Shown here in pieces: positions 1 through 8,117 of a stretch of 64,000 bases of DNA; positions within the stretch are counted from its first letter, which is position 1, and every line of letters starts with the position of its first letter. The DNA comes from Candidatus Bathyarchaeota archaeon (lineage in GTDB: Archaea > Thermoproteota > Bathyarchaeia > 40CM-2-53-6): contig CAWABQ010000031.1 of NCBI GenBank assembly GCA_963780265.1, positions 5,126 through 69,125 of the forward strand. Reading direction: 5' to 3'. The position numbers and the translations under genes were made by a program. The notes beneath the pieces are model-generated. The model had not been told where the DNA came from, did not search any database, and worked only from the letters and a program-made list of their open reading frames with translations.

Positions 1-151
1 TAGGCCGCGCCAGAGTCTTACCAGAAAAAATCGGAAAAGGATATTGCATCGTGTAGGTTTGCTGGTCTGAAAGCGTGATTAGTGCAGATCCTAGACAGGG
101 CTATGTGCTCGTCTACGAGGCGTGTCAGGCTGTTAGCTCAAGAGCAGGGAA

Positions 152-319
152 TCAGAGCGCTTTCATGATTTCTTTGATGTGTTGTTTCGCGCTGTCCTTG
201 ATTTGCTGGAGTTCTTGGTTCTTGCCGAATTCTCCAAGGCTTCGTTCAACCATGTCGAAGAGTTTGTCGATGTCTTGCAGAAGGCCTGTGACTTCTTCAC
301 GGATCTTTCCTGTGTTCAA
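152..319 (-). CDS. small hypothetical helical protein (55 aa, below ORF-track cutoff)
   Basis: Minus-strand TTG..TGA ORF translating to MNTGKIREEVTGLLQDIDKLFDMVERSLGEFGKNQELQQIKDSAKQHIKEIMKAL. Its amphipathic composition looks more protein-like than the overlapping plus-strand track ORFs 75..353 and 179..385. No family recognised. Confidence 0.25.
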   Translation of the reverse strand: MNTGKIREEVTGLLQDIDKLFDMVERSLGEFGKNQELQQIKDSAKQHIKEIMKAL

Positions 320-527
320 TTTCGATCTGGGTTGGGGATTGGTTTACGTCTAATAAGGCTTTGTTCATTTTTGAGTCGCATGTGAGGTAATCAGAAAGTG
401 CGTAGTCGGTTAGGTGCTTATGTTCTGTGGCCACGACGGCTGGTTCTCACGGAACTCGAACTGGGGCTTCAGGTTGGCGCCGCACTAATCGCAGTAATTA
501 CTCGAATAACTCATACAAGGACTTCGA

Positions 528-680
528 TCACAATATACGTCGGCCTTGAAGTAGTCTAACTATTACTATTATGATGACGATCACAATCAAGATGTGAATT
601 AGACTTCCGCCGAGACCGCCAAGGAATCCAACTAGCCAGAGAACAACGAGAATCACGATTATAGCAACTAATAGATCCAT
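528..680 (-). CDS. small membrane protein (50 aa), resembles the lmo0937-type small membrane protein family
   Basis: ATG..TGA ORF read by hand: MDLLVAIIVILVVLWLVGFLGGLGGSLIHILIVIVIIIVIVRLLQGRRIL. Two hydrophobic helices, a GG-rich turn and an RLLQGRR tail match the recalled family pattern. Too short for the ORF track. Confidence 0.5.
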   Translation of the reverse strand: MDLLVAIIVILVVLWLVGFLGGLGGSLIHILIVIVIIIVIVRLLQGRRIL

Positions 681-702
681 TGACGATTCACTTCACTTGA
701 TG

Positions 703-987
703 CTAAAAGAGTTTTAGTAGGTACGGTAGGGCGAGGAAGATTATGCCGACGATAATCATTATGATGCCGACCCATTTCGCTAGCTTCCCAGCGAAGAACA
801 CGATTACGCCCAGGATTATTACAACGATTGGGTTCAGGGTTAGCAGCCACTGGTACGCTGAATTAACCATGGAACCTGCACTCTGATTCACACCTATTTG
901 GTTAAGCATCCGAAACAGACTTACACCAAGTAAAGGCGCTATCATAGAATAGACCTTGCGCATATCAATCAAGTCAGGACGTGACAT
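703..987 (-). CDS. hypothetical membrane protein
   Basis: 94-aa track ORF with about three hydrophobic segments (IAPLLGVSLF, IVVIILGVIVFFAG, VGIIMIIVGIIFLAL). No family recognised. Confidence 0.5.
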   Translation of the reverse strand: MSRPDLIDMRKVYSMIAPLLGVSLFRMLNQIGVNQSAGSMVNSAYQWLLTLNPIVVIILGVIVFFAGKLAKWVGIIMIIVGIIFLALPYLLKLF

Positions 988-1184
988 AGTTGAAGCGCGT
1001 ATATAAGTTATCTAGTTATATCGATAAGTTGGAATCGCCAAAAATCTGCGGACGTTAAGAACCAGTTGGAGCTCAGAGGAAAGAGCTACCGCAAATCGAG
1101 TCAGGCTTGCATAAGTTTGCTAATAAAAAGCAGAGGAATTAGAAGGATGAGGGGAGGTCAGAGTGGAAATGGGTTTGATAGAGC

Positions 1185-1481
1185 TCAGCTGTATCTGATT
1201 AGCGGTGAACTGCATAAGCCGCAGAAGCGTGCGTCAGTGTCAGCGCTTCGGGTTCCGCATATCAGACACTGTCCGCGTTGTGGTTGGTCAGGGAAATTAC
1301 TTAGCACAGTTCTGCACCAGTTGCAGTAGTTATTACTGTCTGAATTCTGTCTATTGCAATATCTACATGTTTTCAAACAGAAAACACCACGATGCAATGC
1401 GCCCTTTCGCATAGAAAAGTCTTTTGTTGTGACGAAATGATTCATCTCTTTCGGGCGTGGCATGGAATGTCTCTTCGGCAA
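1185..1481 (-). CDS. double zinc-ribbon protein (hypothetical)
   Basis: Two CxxC...CxxC pairs are present (CRYCN..CNWC and CLICG..CGLC). The start may be the internal Met (MNHFV...). Confidence 0.45.
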   Translation of the reverse strand: MPKRHSMPRPKEMNHFVTTKDFSMRKGALHRGVFCLKTCRYCNRQNSDSNNYCNWCRTVLSNFPDQPQRGQCLICGTRSADTDARFCGLCSSPLIRYS

Positions 1482-1664
1482 GTGCGTAGTCTGAAATCTG
1501 TTGCGTTTGGTTCAAAATGTCTAACCCGAATTGGCCGCGGAGCTGCGCTAGGCAACCCAACTCATTAGTTAACCTCTATCCAACCGGCCCCTAACTAATA
1601 GCACTTAGCCGACTAGTATAGGTTAACTAACCAATTCGAGACCCTTTTCTGGTTCCACTCACCA

Positions 1665-2678
1665 GTGATGGCTGCGATTGGTTTGTACTGCTTGGGAATA
1701 GAGTCGACCGCGCATACTTTCGGTGCAAGTGTTGTAACGGACGATGGGCAGATTCTATCTGATTCACGAGACGTTTACGCCTCTGCTCCGGGGAAGGGAA
1801 TTCATCCGCGTGAGGCGGCGGAGCATCACAGCGAGGTTGCCGCTCGTGTAATTTCGGATTCATTGATAAAAGCCGGCGTCAAGGCTTCGAAACTCGCGGG
1901 CGTCGGGGTGTCTCTGGGGCCCGGACTTGGGCCGTGCCTTAGGGTAGGAGCCACCGTTGGGAGGTCCATATCGGCGTACTTTCGCATTCCGTTGGCTGCT
2001 GTGAACCATGCTATTGGGCACATAGAGATTGGAATCCTCACCACTGGGGCCAAAGATCCATTAGTGGTTCTTGTTTCTGGCGGACACACCGCCATCACCG
2101 CGTTTTCCGGGGGCCGGTGGCGAATATTTGGGGAAACCGAGGACATCACTATTGGAAATCTATACGACATGTTCGCCAGGGAGATTGGCCTGCCATCGCC
2201 CGCGGGCCCACAAATCGAGAAACTAGCAGGGAAGTCATCGAAGTTTCTAACCCTCCCGTACGTAGTTAAGGGCAATGACGTTTCCTACTCCGGGCTGCTG
2301 ACCGCTTCCCTTGCGAAGTTTCAATCCGGCGCGGGTCTGGAAGATGTCTGCTACTCAATGCAAGAGGTCTCCTGCTCAATGCTGGCAGAAGCCGTCGAAC
2401 GGAGCTTAGCCTACACGGGCAAGAAGGAGATCCTCCTAACAGGAGGTGTAGCTGCAAATAAGACGCTGAAGGAAAAACTTGAAGCCGTCGCTGGGCTTCA
2501 TGACGCCGTATGCCACGTCGTTGATTCCGCCTATACAGGTGATTGTGGTGCCCAAATCGCCTGGACCGCCATGCTGGCGCTTCGGGCTGGTCTGGCTACT
2601 TCTGTTGACGCGGGGCTCGTCAGGCCGAAATGGAGGCTGGAAGATGTTGACATCCCTTGGAGACACGACACGAACTAA
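1665..2678 (+). CDS. kae1: tRNA N6-adenosine threonylcarbamoyltransferase Kae1 (KEOPS catalytic subunit)
   Basis: CLGIESTAHTFGASVV at the N-terminus, HxxGH-type motif (NHAIGHIE), a GGVAAN segment, and a C-terminal WRLEDVDIPW typical of Kae1. GTG at 1665 or ATG at 1668. Confidence 0.95.
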   Translation: MMAAIGLYCLGIESTAHTFGASVVTDDGQILSDSRDVYASAPGKGIHPREAAEHHSEVAARVISDSLIKAGVKASKLAGVGVSLGPGLGPCLRVGATVGRSISAYFRIPLAAVNHAIGHIEIGILTTGAKDPLVVLVSGGHTAITAFSGGRWRIFGETEDITIGNLYDMFAREIGLPSPAGPQIEKLAGKSSKFLTLPYVVKGNDVSYSGLLTASLAKFQSGAGLEDVCYSMQEVSCSMLAEAVERSLAYTGKKEILLTGGVAANKTLKEKLEAVAGLHDAVCHVVDSAYTGDCGAQIAWTAMLALRAGLATSVDAGLVRPKWRLEDVDIPWRHDTN

Positions 2679-3306
2679 ACTTATCTACAAAGGCGCCGAA
2701 GCCGAAATCTACCTCCAAGACTGGCAGGGTGAACTGGCGGTAAGAAAGAGCCGCATCGCAAAGCCATACAGGGTTTCCGAACTCGATGAATCCATACGCC
2801 GGACGAGGACAACCCATGAAGCGAATATGATGCACGAAGTAAGAAAACTGGGAGTCCCGGTCCCCACTATTCAGCATATAGATCCGGAATCGACAACGTT
2901 GATTATGGACTACGTAAGGGGCCCCACACTCAAAGAGGAGCTTTACAAACTCTCGACGGAAGAACGCCGTCGGCGCTGTAACTCACTGGGCATCACACTC
3001 GCAGTAATGCATGAAGGGGGAATTGTACATGGAGACATGACGATTTCGAACGTGCTGTCCGAGGACGGCAAATTGGTCATGATTGATTTCGGCTTAGGCG
3101 ATTTCTCAGGCGAGATTGAAGATAAGGGTGTAGACCTGCTCCTTCTAAACCGGGCGATGAGGAGCACTCATTATTCATTCCACGCTGTACTGTTCAAAGC
3201 CTTCCTGAAGGGATACGCAAAGACTGTTGGCAAGAAGCGAGCTGACGAGACTCTGCAAAAGATGCGTGAAATCGAGAAGCGGGGTAGGTATTTTGAAAGG
3301 ACTTAG
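2644..3306 (+). CDS. bud32: KEOPS kinase/ATPase Bud32
   Basis: LIYKGAEAEIY, VRKSRIAKPYR, HEANMM, and GGIVHGDMTISNV...IDFGL, the atypical RIO-like kinase core. ATG at 2644 overlaps the Kae1 3' end by 35 nt in another frame. Track ORF 2479..3306 contains it. Confidence 0.85.
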   Translation: MLTSLGDTTRTKLIYKGAEAEIYLQDWQGELAVRKSRIAKPYRVSELDESIRRTRTTHEANMMHEVRKLGVPVPTIQHIDPESTTLIMDYVRGPTLKEELYKLSTEERRRRCNSLGITLAVMHEGGIVHGDMTISNVLSEDGKLVMIDFGLGDFSGEIEDKGVDLLLLNRAMRSTHYSFHAVLFKAFLKGYAKTVGKKRADETLQKMREIEKRGRYFERT

Positions 3307-3883
3307 CCAAACAGTCTATTTTGCAACAACCAACCGAGGCAAGTTCATTGAAGCAGCCCAGGTCGCTTTACGTTTTGGAATTAAGCTGAAGCACTTGCGA
3401 ATAGAGAAGCTTGAGATTCAGTCAAACGATTTGACGGCGATTGCTTCCTTCGCAGCATTGGAGGCTGCTCGATCAATGAGGCGTGTAGTGGTTTCGGAGG
3501 ATGCAGGCTTCTTCGTGAATGCATTGGGAGGGTTCCCCGGTCCGTACTCATCATACGTCTTCAAAACTTTAGGGACAAGCGGCATTTTGAGGCTCATGGA
3601 GAACGGCATCAATAGAGAGGCATCCTTCCAAGCGGCTGTGGCTTTCTGCACCCCAAAGACGCACGCGCGATGTTTTACGGGCGTGGTAGACGGCCTGGTA
3701 AGTAAGAGACCTAGAGGAACTAACGGGTTCGGTTTCGACCCAATCTTCATCCCCCGGCAAGGGGACGGGCGCACATTCGCCGAGATGACCATTGAAGAGA
3801 AGAACGCCCTCTCACACCGCGCCGTGGCTTTCGCAAAGTTCTCCAAATGGTTCATAGCCAAAAGGACACGGTTTTCGGGCTAG
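3293..3883 (+). CDS. non-canonical purine NTP pyrophosphatase (Ham1/RdgB/ITPase family)
   Basis: VYFATTNRGKFIEA, SEDAGFFVNALGGFPGPYSS, GTNGFGFDPIFIP, EEKNALSHRA. Start is uncertain: TTG 3293 avoids an 80-nt overlap with bud32, while the track ORF starts at ATG 3227. Confidence 0.85.
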   Translation: MKGLSQTVYFATTNRGKFIEAAQVALRFGIKLKHLRIEKLEIQSNDLTAIASFAALEAARSMRRVVVSEDAGFFVNALGGFPGPYSSYVFKTLGTSGILRLMENGINREASFQAAVAFCTPKTHARCFTGVVDGLVSKRPRGTNGFGFDPIFIPRQGDGRTFAEMTIEEKNALSHRAVAFAKFSKWFIAKRTRFSG

Positions 3884-4078
3884 AACAGTCAAAATGACTC
3901 GACAACCTATGTCTGCTAGCCAACAATTGGAAGTTGTTGAGGCTTGCTCTTTCCTTGCTGAAAACGCCATCCAGGAAACATTGGAACTTTCGCAATCATT
4001 CAGGATTGCTTTGAGCAATACTCGCCGCAGAACGGTGAACTCGAGTGGAGTTCCGAACCGCAGTTATGGCAGAAGTTT

Positions 4079-4684
4079 TCACTTCTCCGTTTGATGTGGC
4101 TTCGTGATGCCGCACGTCTTGACGAACGTTCCTAGTACTCCCAGGGCAAGGATGACTATGACAATTCCAGCGAGAACAAGGTATTGTGAATCACTAATTC
4201 CGAAAGCTGCGTAAGCTGGAATCATCCCATAATCCGTGTGCGTTGCCTCGAACGCTTCCGTTCCAACCAACTGAGTGGTGAACGTAACTCGAGAAATCTG
4301 TGTATTTGCTTCATAGTTCGAAAGTGTTTGGGTGGTGTAAAATGTTTGAGTTGGAGTACATGCCATCGATGCTGGTTCGCACAGATAATTATAGACAATG
4401 GCCAGCCCTGTGGATGTTGAGTATGGAACCCAACCCGCCACTATTGAGGAGACCGTGCTCCAGGAAGCGTAGTTGCTCATGATCGTGTTGGTAAAGGTAT
4501 CAGTTCTGGGGATGGGAGTTGAAACCAGCGGAAAAGCTAGTGAACCCAAACTAAGAACCGCCACCACAAATAGTACTAGAGCGAAAAGCAAAGAATGGGA
4601 TACAGGACGCATAAGCCATAGTTTCCTGCCGGACCGAGTAATTACTCTACCTAAAGCCGTGGGGCACGTCGACTGAGTAATCAA
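4079..4684 (-). CDS. hypothetical surface protein with N-terminal signal/anchor, Thr/Gln-rich region and C-terminal TM anchor
   Basis: N-terminal hydrophobic LLFALVLFVVAVLSLGSLAF, T/Q/Y-rich middle, C-terminal SQYLVLAGIVIVILALGVLGTFVK plus a basic tail. Alternative start at Met 4612. Confidence 0.55.
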   Translation of the reverse strand: MITQSTCPTALGRVITRSGRKLWLMRPVSHSLLFALVLFVVAVLSLGSLAFPLVSTPIPRTDTFTNTIMSNYASWSTVSSIVAGWVPYSTSTGLAIVYNYLCEPASMACTPTQTFYTTQTLSNYEANTQISRVTFTTQLVGTEAFEATHTDYGMIPAYAAFGISDSQYLVLAGIVIVILALGVLGTFVKTCGITKPHQTEK

Positions 4685-4766
4685 ACAAGCGAAGCAGACA
4701 GGCTTAGGAGTGTTTTGACCGCTGGACTATGATTGTACTTTGGTCTCCATGAAAAATGGGAATTGC

Positions 4767-4797
4767 CGCGACATGACTGTCGCGACAAGTTAAATAA
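4767..4797 (+). promoter_or_regulatory. 7-bp inverted repeat abutting a TATA-like box upstream of rps15
   Basis: CGCGACA-tgac-TGTCGCG (4767..4784) is followed by TTAAATAA (4790..4797), about 51 nt before the TTG start at 4848. GGAG lies 12 nt upstream of that start. Confidence 0.35.
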
Positions 4798-4847
4798 TCG
4801 AGGACCAAGGACAAGGTAACAATTTCACTATTGGAGCACGCAATTCA

Positions 4848-5297
4848 TTGGCAAGGCTTTACACGAGTAAGCGGGGAAAGTCAGGGTCAACCCGCCCCAT
4901 AAGCAAGAAGGCACCTACCTGGTGTAAGTACACGCCGGAAGAGGTAGAAGCCCTAGTTCTCAAACTATCCAGAGAGGGCAATTCGCCAAGCACCATCGGG
5001 ATGCTCATGCGGGATCGTTACGCCGTACCACTAGTCAAATCGCTTACGGGTAAGAATGTGCAGGAACTGTTGCAAACCGCCAAACAAGCTGGGGCGCTCC
5101 CCGAAGACTTGAGCGCGCTTCTAAAGAAAGCAGACCACGTTAGGCGGCACTTGGAGAAGAACAGGAAGGATTACGTTAACAAGCGTTCCTTGGCTATGGT
5201 CGAGTCGAAGATTCACCGGTTGGTTAAGTACTACCGGGCTAAGGGTCAACTGCGTCCCGAGTGGGAATACAAGCACGTTGTAGCGTCAGTGTCCTAA
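4848..5297 (+). CDS. rps15: 30S ribosomal protein S15 (uS15)
   Basis: MARLYTSKRGKSGSTRP, TPEEVEALVLKLSREG, and the C-terminal helical S15 domain. TTG start. Confidence 0.95.
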   Translation: MARLYTSKRGKSGSTRPISKKAPTWCKYTPEEVEALVLKLSREGNSPSTIGMLMRDRYAVPLVKSLTGKNVQELLQTAKQAGALPEDLSALLKKADHVRRHLEKNRKDYVNKRSLAMVESKIHRLVKYYRAKGQLRPEWEYKHVVASVS

Positions 5298-6745
5298 TGC
5301 CTTCGGAAGGTAATCGCACCGCGTTCATCGAACGGGCGAAAGCAGTTGCAAGCATAATCAAAGAGCACCTGAAGTCAGATTCCTTCTTCGTGGTCGTTTC
5401 ACACCACGACGCAGACGGCCTGTCGTCCGCTGGAATAATGGGCTCAGCGCTGGCTCGTGCCAACGCCAGATTCACTGTAAGAATAGTCGAAGAACTGCGA
5501 GAAGATCTTGTAGACGAAATCTCAAAAACAAAACCTGACACTGCAATTTTCACGGATATAGGAAGCGGTTACCTAGACCTGTTGAACTCACGCCTCGAAA
5601 CGAGGACCGTGCTCATACTGGATCACCATCCCCCCAATGCCGAGACACCCGGCCGAATCACTCAACTAAACCCACACGAGTTCGGAATCGACGGTGCCAC
5701 TATGGTTAGCGCGGCAGGCGTTACTTATCTTGTGACTCGAGCGCTGTCCGAGACCAACAAGGACTTGAGTGCGCTGGGAATCGTCGGCGCACTGGGCGAC
5801 ATGCAGGACAAAAACGAGAAAAGGTCGCTAATGGGGTTGAACGAGGTTCTGGTTGAGGATGCTGTGTCGTCGGGAAACGTCAAAGTGGACCATGACCTCG
5901 TGGTTTATGGGAGGGAAACACGGCCGATTCACAGGTCGTTGGCTTACACCACAACGCCCTACATGCCCAACCTGAGCGGCCGCGAAGACAATTGTCTAAC
6001 GCTGCTCGCGAACGCTGGAATTAGGTTGAAGGACGGTGACAGATTTCGAACAATAGCTGACCTAACGCAGGATGAAAAACAGAAATTACTCAACGCCATT
6101 ATGAGCTACCTAAGCTCCATAGGGTTTCAGTCAAGCGTCGTTCTCGACATGGTCGGCAGTGTGTACACCTTGGTAAATGAGCTCCCCGGCGGCCCGACGA
6201 GAGACGCTAGAGAGTTTTCAGCATTATTGAACGCCTGCGGCCGTACAGGCAACCCATCCATAGGAGTCAGCGTAGGTTTGGGTGATAGAAAGACCGCTCT
6301 AGAAGAAGCCAATGAGGTTGTGGCAACTTACAGAAAGACGCTTGCAAGTTATATGGAATGGTTAACGAAATCGCCCGAGGCAATTCAGAAATTCAAAGTG
6401 ATATGGGCCATTCGTGGCGAGGATCAGATTCAGGAAAGCATGACAGGAGCCTTCTCTTCAATTATCTCCTCGGCAGGAAACCTTTCTTCCGATAATGCGA
6501 TAATCGTCTTAACCAAAGCGAAAGACGGCGGGATCAAGCTTTCGGCCCGGGCGCCAGCCAAGCTTCTGAGGATGGGTCTAAACCTGGGTTCCGCTCTGAG
6601 CGCCACAGCGAAGAAGTACTCTGGTTTTGGGGGAGGTCACAACGTCGCCGCGGGCGCCCACATAAAAGTCGACGAACCCACCCAATTCCTCCAGGATCTT
6701 GATCAAGTGCTTCTTGAGCAGATGAAACAGAAGCTTGGAAGCTGA
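5297..6745 (+). CDS. archaeal RecJ-like DHH/DHHA1 phosphoesterase (GAN/Cdc45-like nuclease)
   Basis: DHH motifs SHHDADG, FTDIGSG and ILDHH, plus DHHA1 GGGHNVAAG. ATG at 5297 overlaps the rps15 stop (TAATG). The S15-RecJ pairing is a known archaeal neighbourhood. Confidence 0.9.
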   Translation: MPSEGNRTAFIERAKAVASIIKEHLKSDSFFVVVSHHDADGLSSAGIMGSALARANARFTVRIVEELREDLVDEISKTKPDTAIFTDIGSGYLDLLNSRLETRTVLILDHHPPNAETPGRITQLNPHEFGIDGATMVSAAGVTYLVTRALSETNKDLSALGIVGALGDMQDKNEKRSLMGLNEVLVEDAVSSGNVKVDHDLVVYGRETRPIHRSLAYTTTPYMPNLSGREDNCLTLLANAGIRLKDGDRFRTIADLTQDEKQKLLNAIMSYLSSIGFQSSVVLDMVGSVYTLVNELPGGPTRDAREFSALLNACGRTGNPSIGVSVGLGDRKTALEEANEVVATYRKTLASYMEWLTKSPEAIQKFKVIWAIRGEDQIQESMTGAFSSIISSAGNLSSDNAIIVLTKAKDGGIKLSARAPAKLLRMGLNLGSALSATAKKYSGFGGGHNVAAGAHIKVDEPTQFLQDLDQVLLEQMKQKLGS

Positions 6746-6991
6746 GATTTCACTTCAATATCCCTCCGCGCTTTCGCGAACAGCGTTATGAGCGGCATCT
6801 TACCCGAAAACAAACTACCAGGTCATCGAATGCAGGTTTATGCCAATGTCAACGGAAGAACGCTGAATATCCTCGTGAAGCACTGCGAGAGAATTGAAAC
6901 ATTGCAGGCTACGGTTCAAGATGTTTTCCGATGCATACGCGCCGCCGAATCTTCCCTCATGAAGCTCTCGTCCTCTCGACAGTCTCGATAA
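6735..6991 (+). CDS. Pcc1-family KEOPS subunit paralogue (Pcc1/Pcc2-like), frame broken near 6762-6767
   Basis: Frame 0 from TTG 6735 gives (M)EAEISLQYPS. After a 1-nt shift the track ORF frame gives RAFANSVMSGILPE...GRTLNILVKHCERIETLQATVQDVFRCIRAAESSL. Joined, this follows the Pcc1 pattern: beta1, 'PS..A..v..sl.pE', and 'L.i.i.a.d...Lra..n...r.i'. Confidence 0.6.
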
Positions 6992-7018
6992 AGCCCACGC
7001 GAATCTTGCTCTGAACGC

Positions 7019-7026
7019 TTTAAATA
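7019..7026 (+). promoter_or_regulatory. TATA-like box upstream of rps3ae
   Basis: TTTAAATA lies about 49 nt upstream of the TTG start at 7075. GGTGG lies 8-12 nt upstream of that start. Confidence 0.35.
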
Positions 7027-7074
7027 CCGCCCAACCGGTACGGTTCTGAATTCCGAGGTTCAGGTGGAAAACTG

Positions 7075-7716
7075 TTGTCTAAAGCCACAAGGAAGGTCAG
7101 GGACAAGTGGAGGCTGAAGGAATGGTACGACGTCTACAGCCCACCATACTTCGGAGAAAATATTGTTGCTAGCATACCATGCGAAGTCCCGGCCGCAGTA
7201 ATAGGACGGGTTGTCGAAACTACACTCTATGACATAACAAACGATTTCGCCCATCAATCAATCAAACTATACTTCCTTATCGTGAACGCACAAGACCACA
7301 AGGCAGGTACGATTCTGAAATCACACGAATATGCAACCGACTATCTGCGCAGCCTTGTCCGGCGGGGCAGCACCCGAATGGACGGGATCTTCAACGCAAC
7401 TACGAAAGACCAATTCACGTCAAGAATTTCGATTGTGGCATTCACTCGGGACAGAATAAAGGCATCACAAGAGCACGGAGTTCGCCAAATAATGAGGCAG
7501 ATTGTTGAGGATAAAGCGACGAACCTGAACTACGACCAGTTATCGCAAGAGGCCGTGCTTGGAAAGCTGGGGTCAGACGTCTACAATCTCGCGAAGAAGA
7601 TTGCGCCCTTAAGGCACGTCGGCGTCAGAAAATCAAGACTTATCTCGATTCCGGCAGGCGTTATTGGAACCGCAACCCAAACAACCCAAGTCATCGAGCC
7701 TGCCAAAGCGGCATAG
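7075..7716 (+). CDS. rps3ae: 30S ribosomal protein S3Ae (eS1)
   Basis: KVRDKWRLKEWYDVYSPPYFG, TTLYDITNDF, ATDYLRSLVRRG. TTG start. Confidence 0.95.
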   Translation: MSKATRKVRDKWRLKEWYDVYSPPYFGENIVASIPCEVPAAVIGRVVETTLYDITNDFAHQSIKLYFLIVNAQDHKAGTILKSHEYATDYLRSLVRRGSTRMDGIFNATTKDQFTSRISIVAFTRDRIKASQEHGVRQIMRQIVEDKATNLNYDQLSQEAVLGKLGSDVYNLAKKIAPLRHVGVRKSRLISIPAGVIGTATQTTQVIEPAKAA

Positions 7717-7731
7717 TGCCACTGGTTTAGG

Positions 7732-8034
7732 CTAACGCGTCGTTCTCTTGTACATTCGCTTAATTTCCTCATGTATTTCGTCAAGCTCAAGCTGCAGCTC
7801 ATCCACTTTCACCTTGTTCGCGCTATCATTGAAATCGGACGCGGCTGAAGTCGAAAACATGTTGCTCAGCTGGTCAGCTTTTCTCGTTGCAAGACGTAAC
7901 CGCTCCTGAATGTCTGCGGTCCTCTCGAGCCCATGCAAGAAACCTGCCAAGCCTGCCGTCAAAGCGCCTGCAGCTATTCCGGCCAAGAAAGAAACAACAT
8001 CAAAAACCATAACGACCACACAACATTCACCCAA
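7732..8034 (-). CDS. hypothetical small membrane / coiled-coil protein
   Basis: N-terminal hydrophobic segment (VVSFLAGIAAGALTAGLAGFL) followed by a charged helical tail. The start is more likely Met 8010, about 30 nt from the A/T-rich element at 8041..8060. Confidence 0.4.
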   Translation of the reverse strand: MGECCVVVMVFDVVSFLAGIAAGALTAGLAGFLHGLERTADIQERLRLATRKADQLSNMFSTSAASDFNDSANKVKVDELQLELDEIHEEIKRMYKRTTR

Positions 8035-8117
8035 CCTTTGCCATATATGCTAATTTAAAGCGCTAAGCTATCATTACTCGAATTGAAGGCCAACGCGAAC
8101 AAGCAGGGTGGCGAAGA

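Noticed and set aside
6722-6991. In-frame TGA between the RecJ-like gene and the Pcc1-like ORF, considered as stop-codon readthrough or a RecJ-Pcc1 fusion.
   Set aside because: The missing Pcc1 N-terminal strand, (M)EAEISLQYPS, is found in frame 0 starting at TTG 6735. A single-base deletion joins it to the downstream frame, matching the indel pattern seen elsewhere. No recoding is needed.
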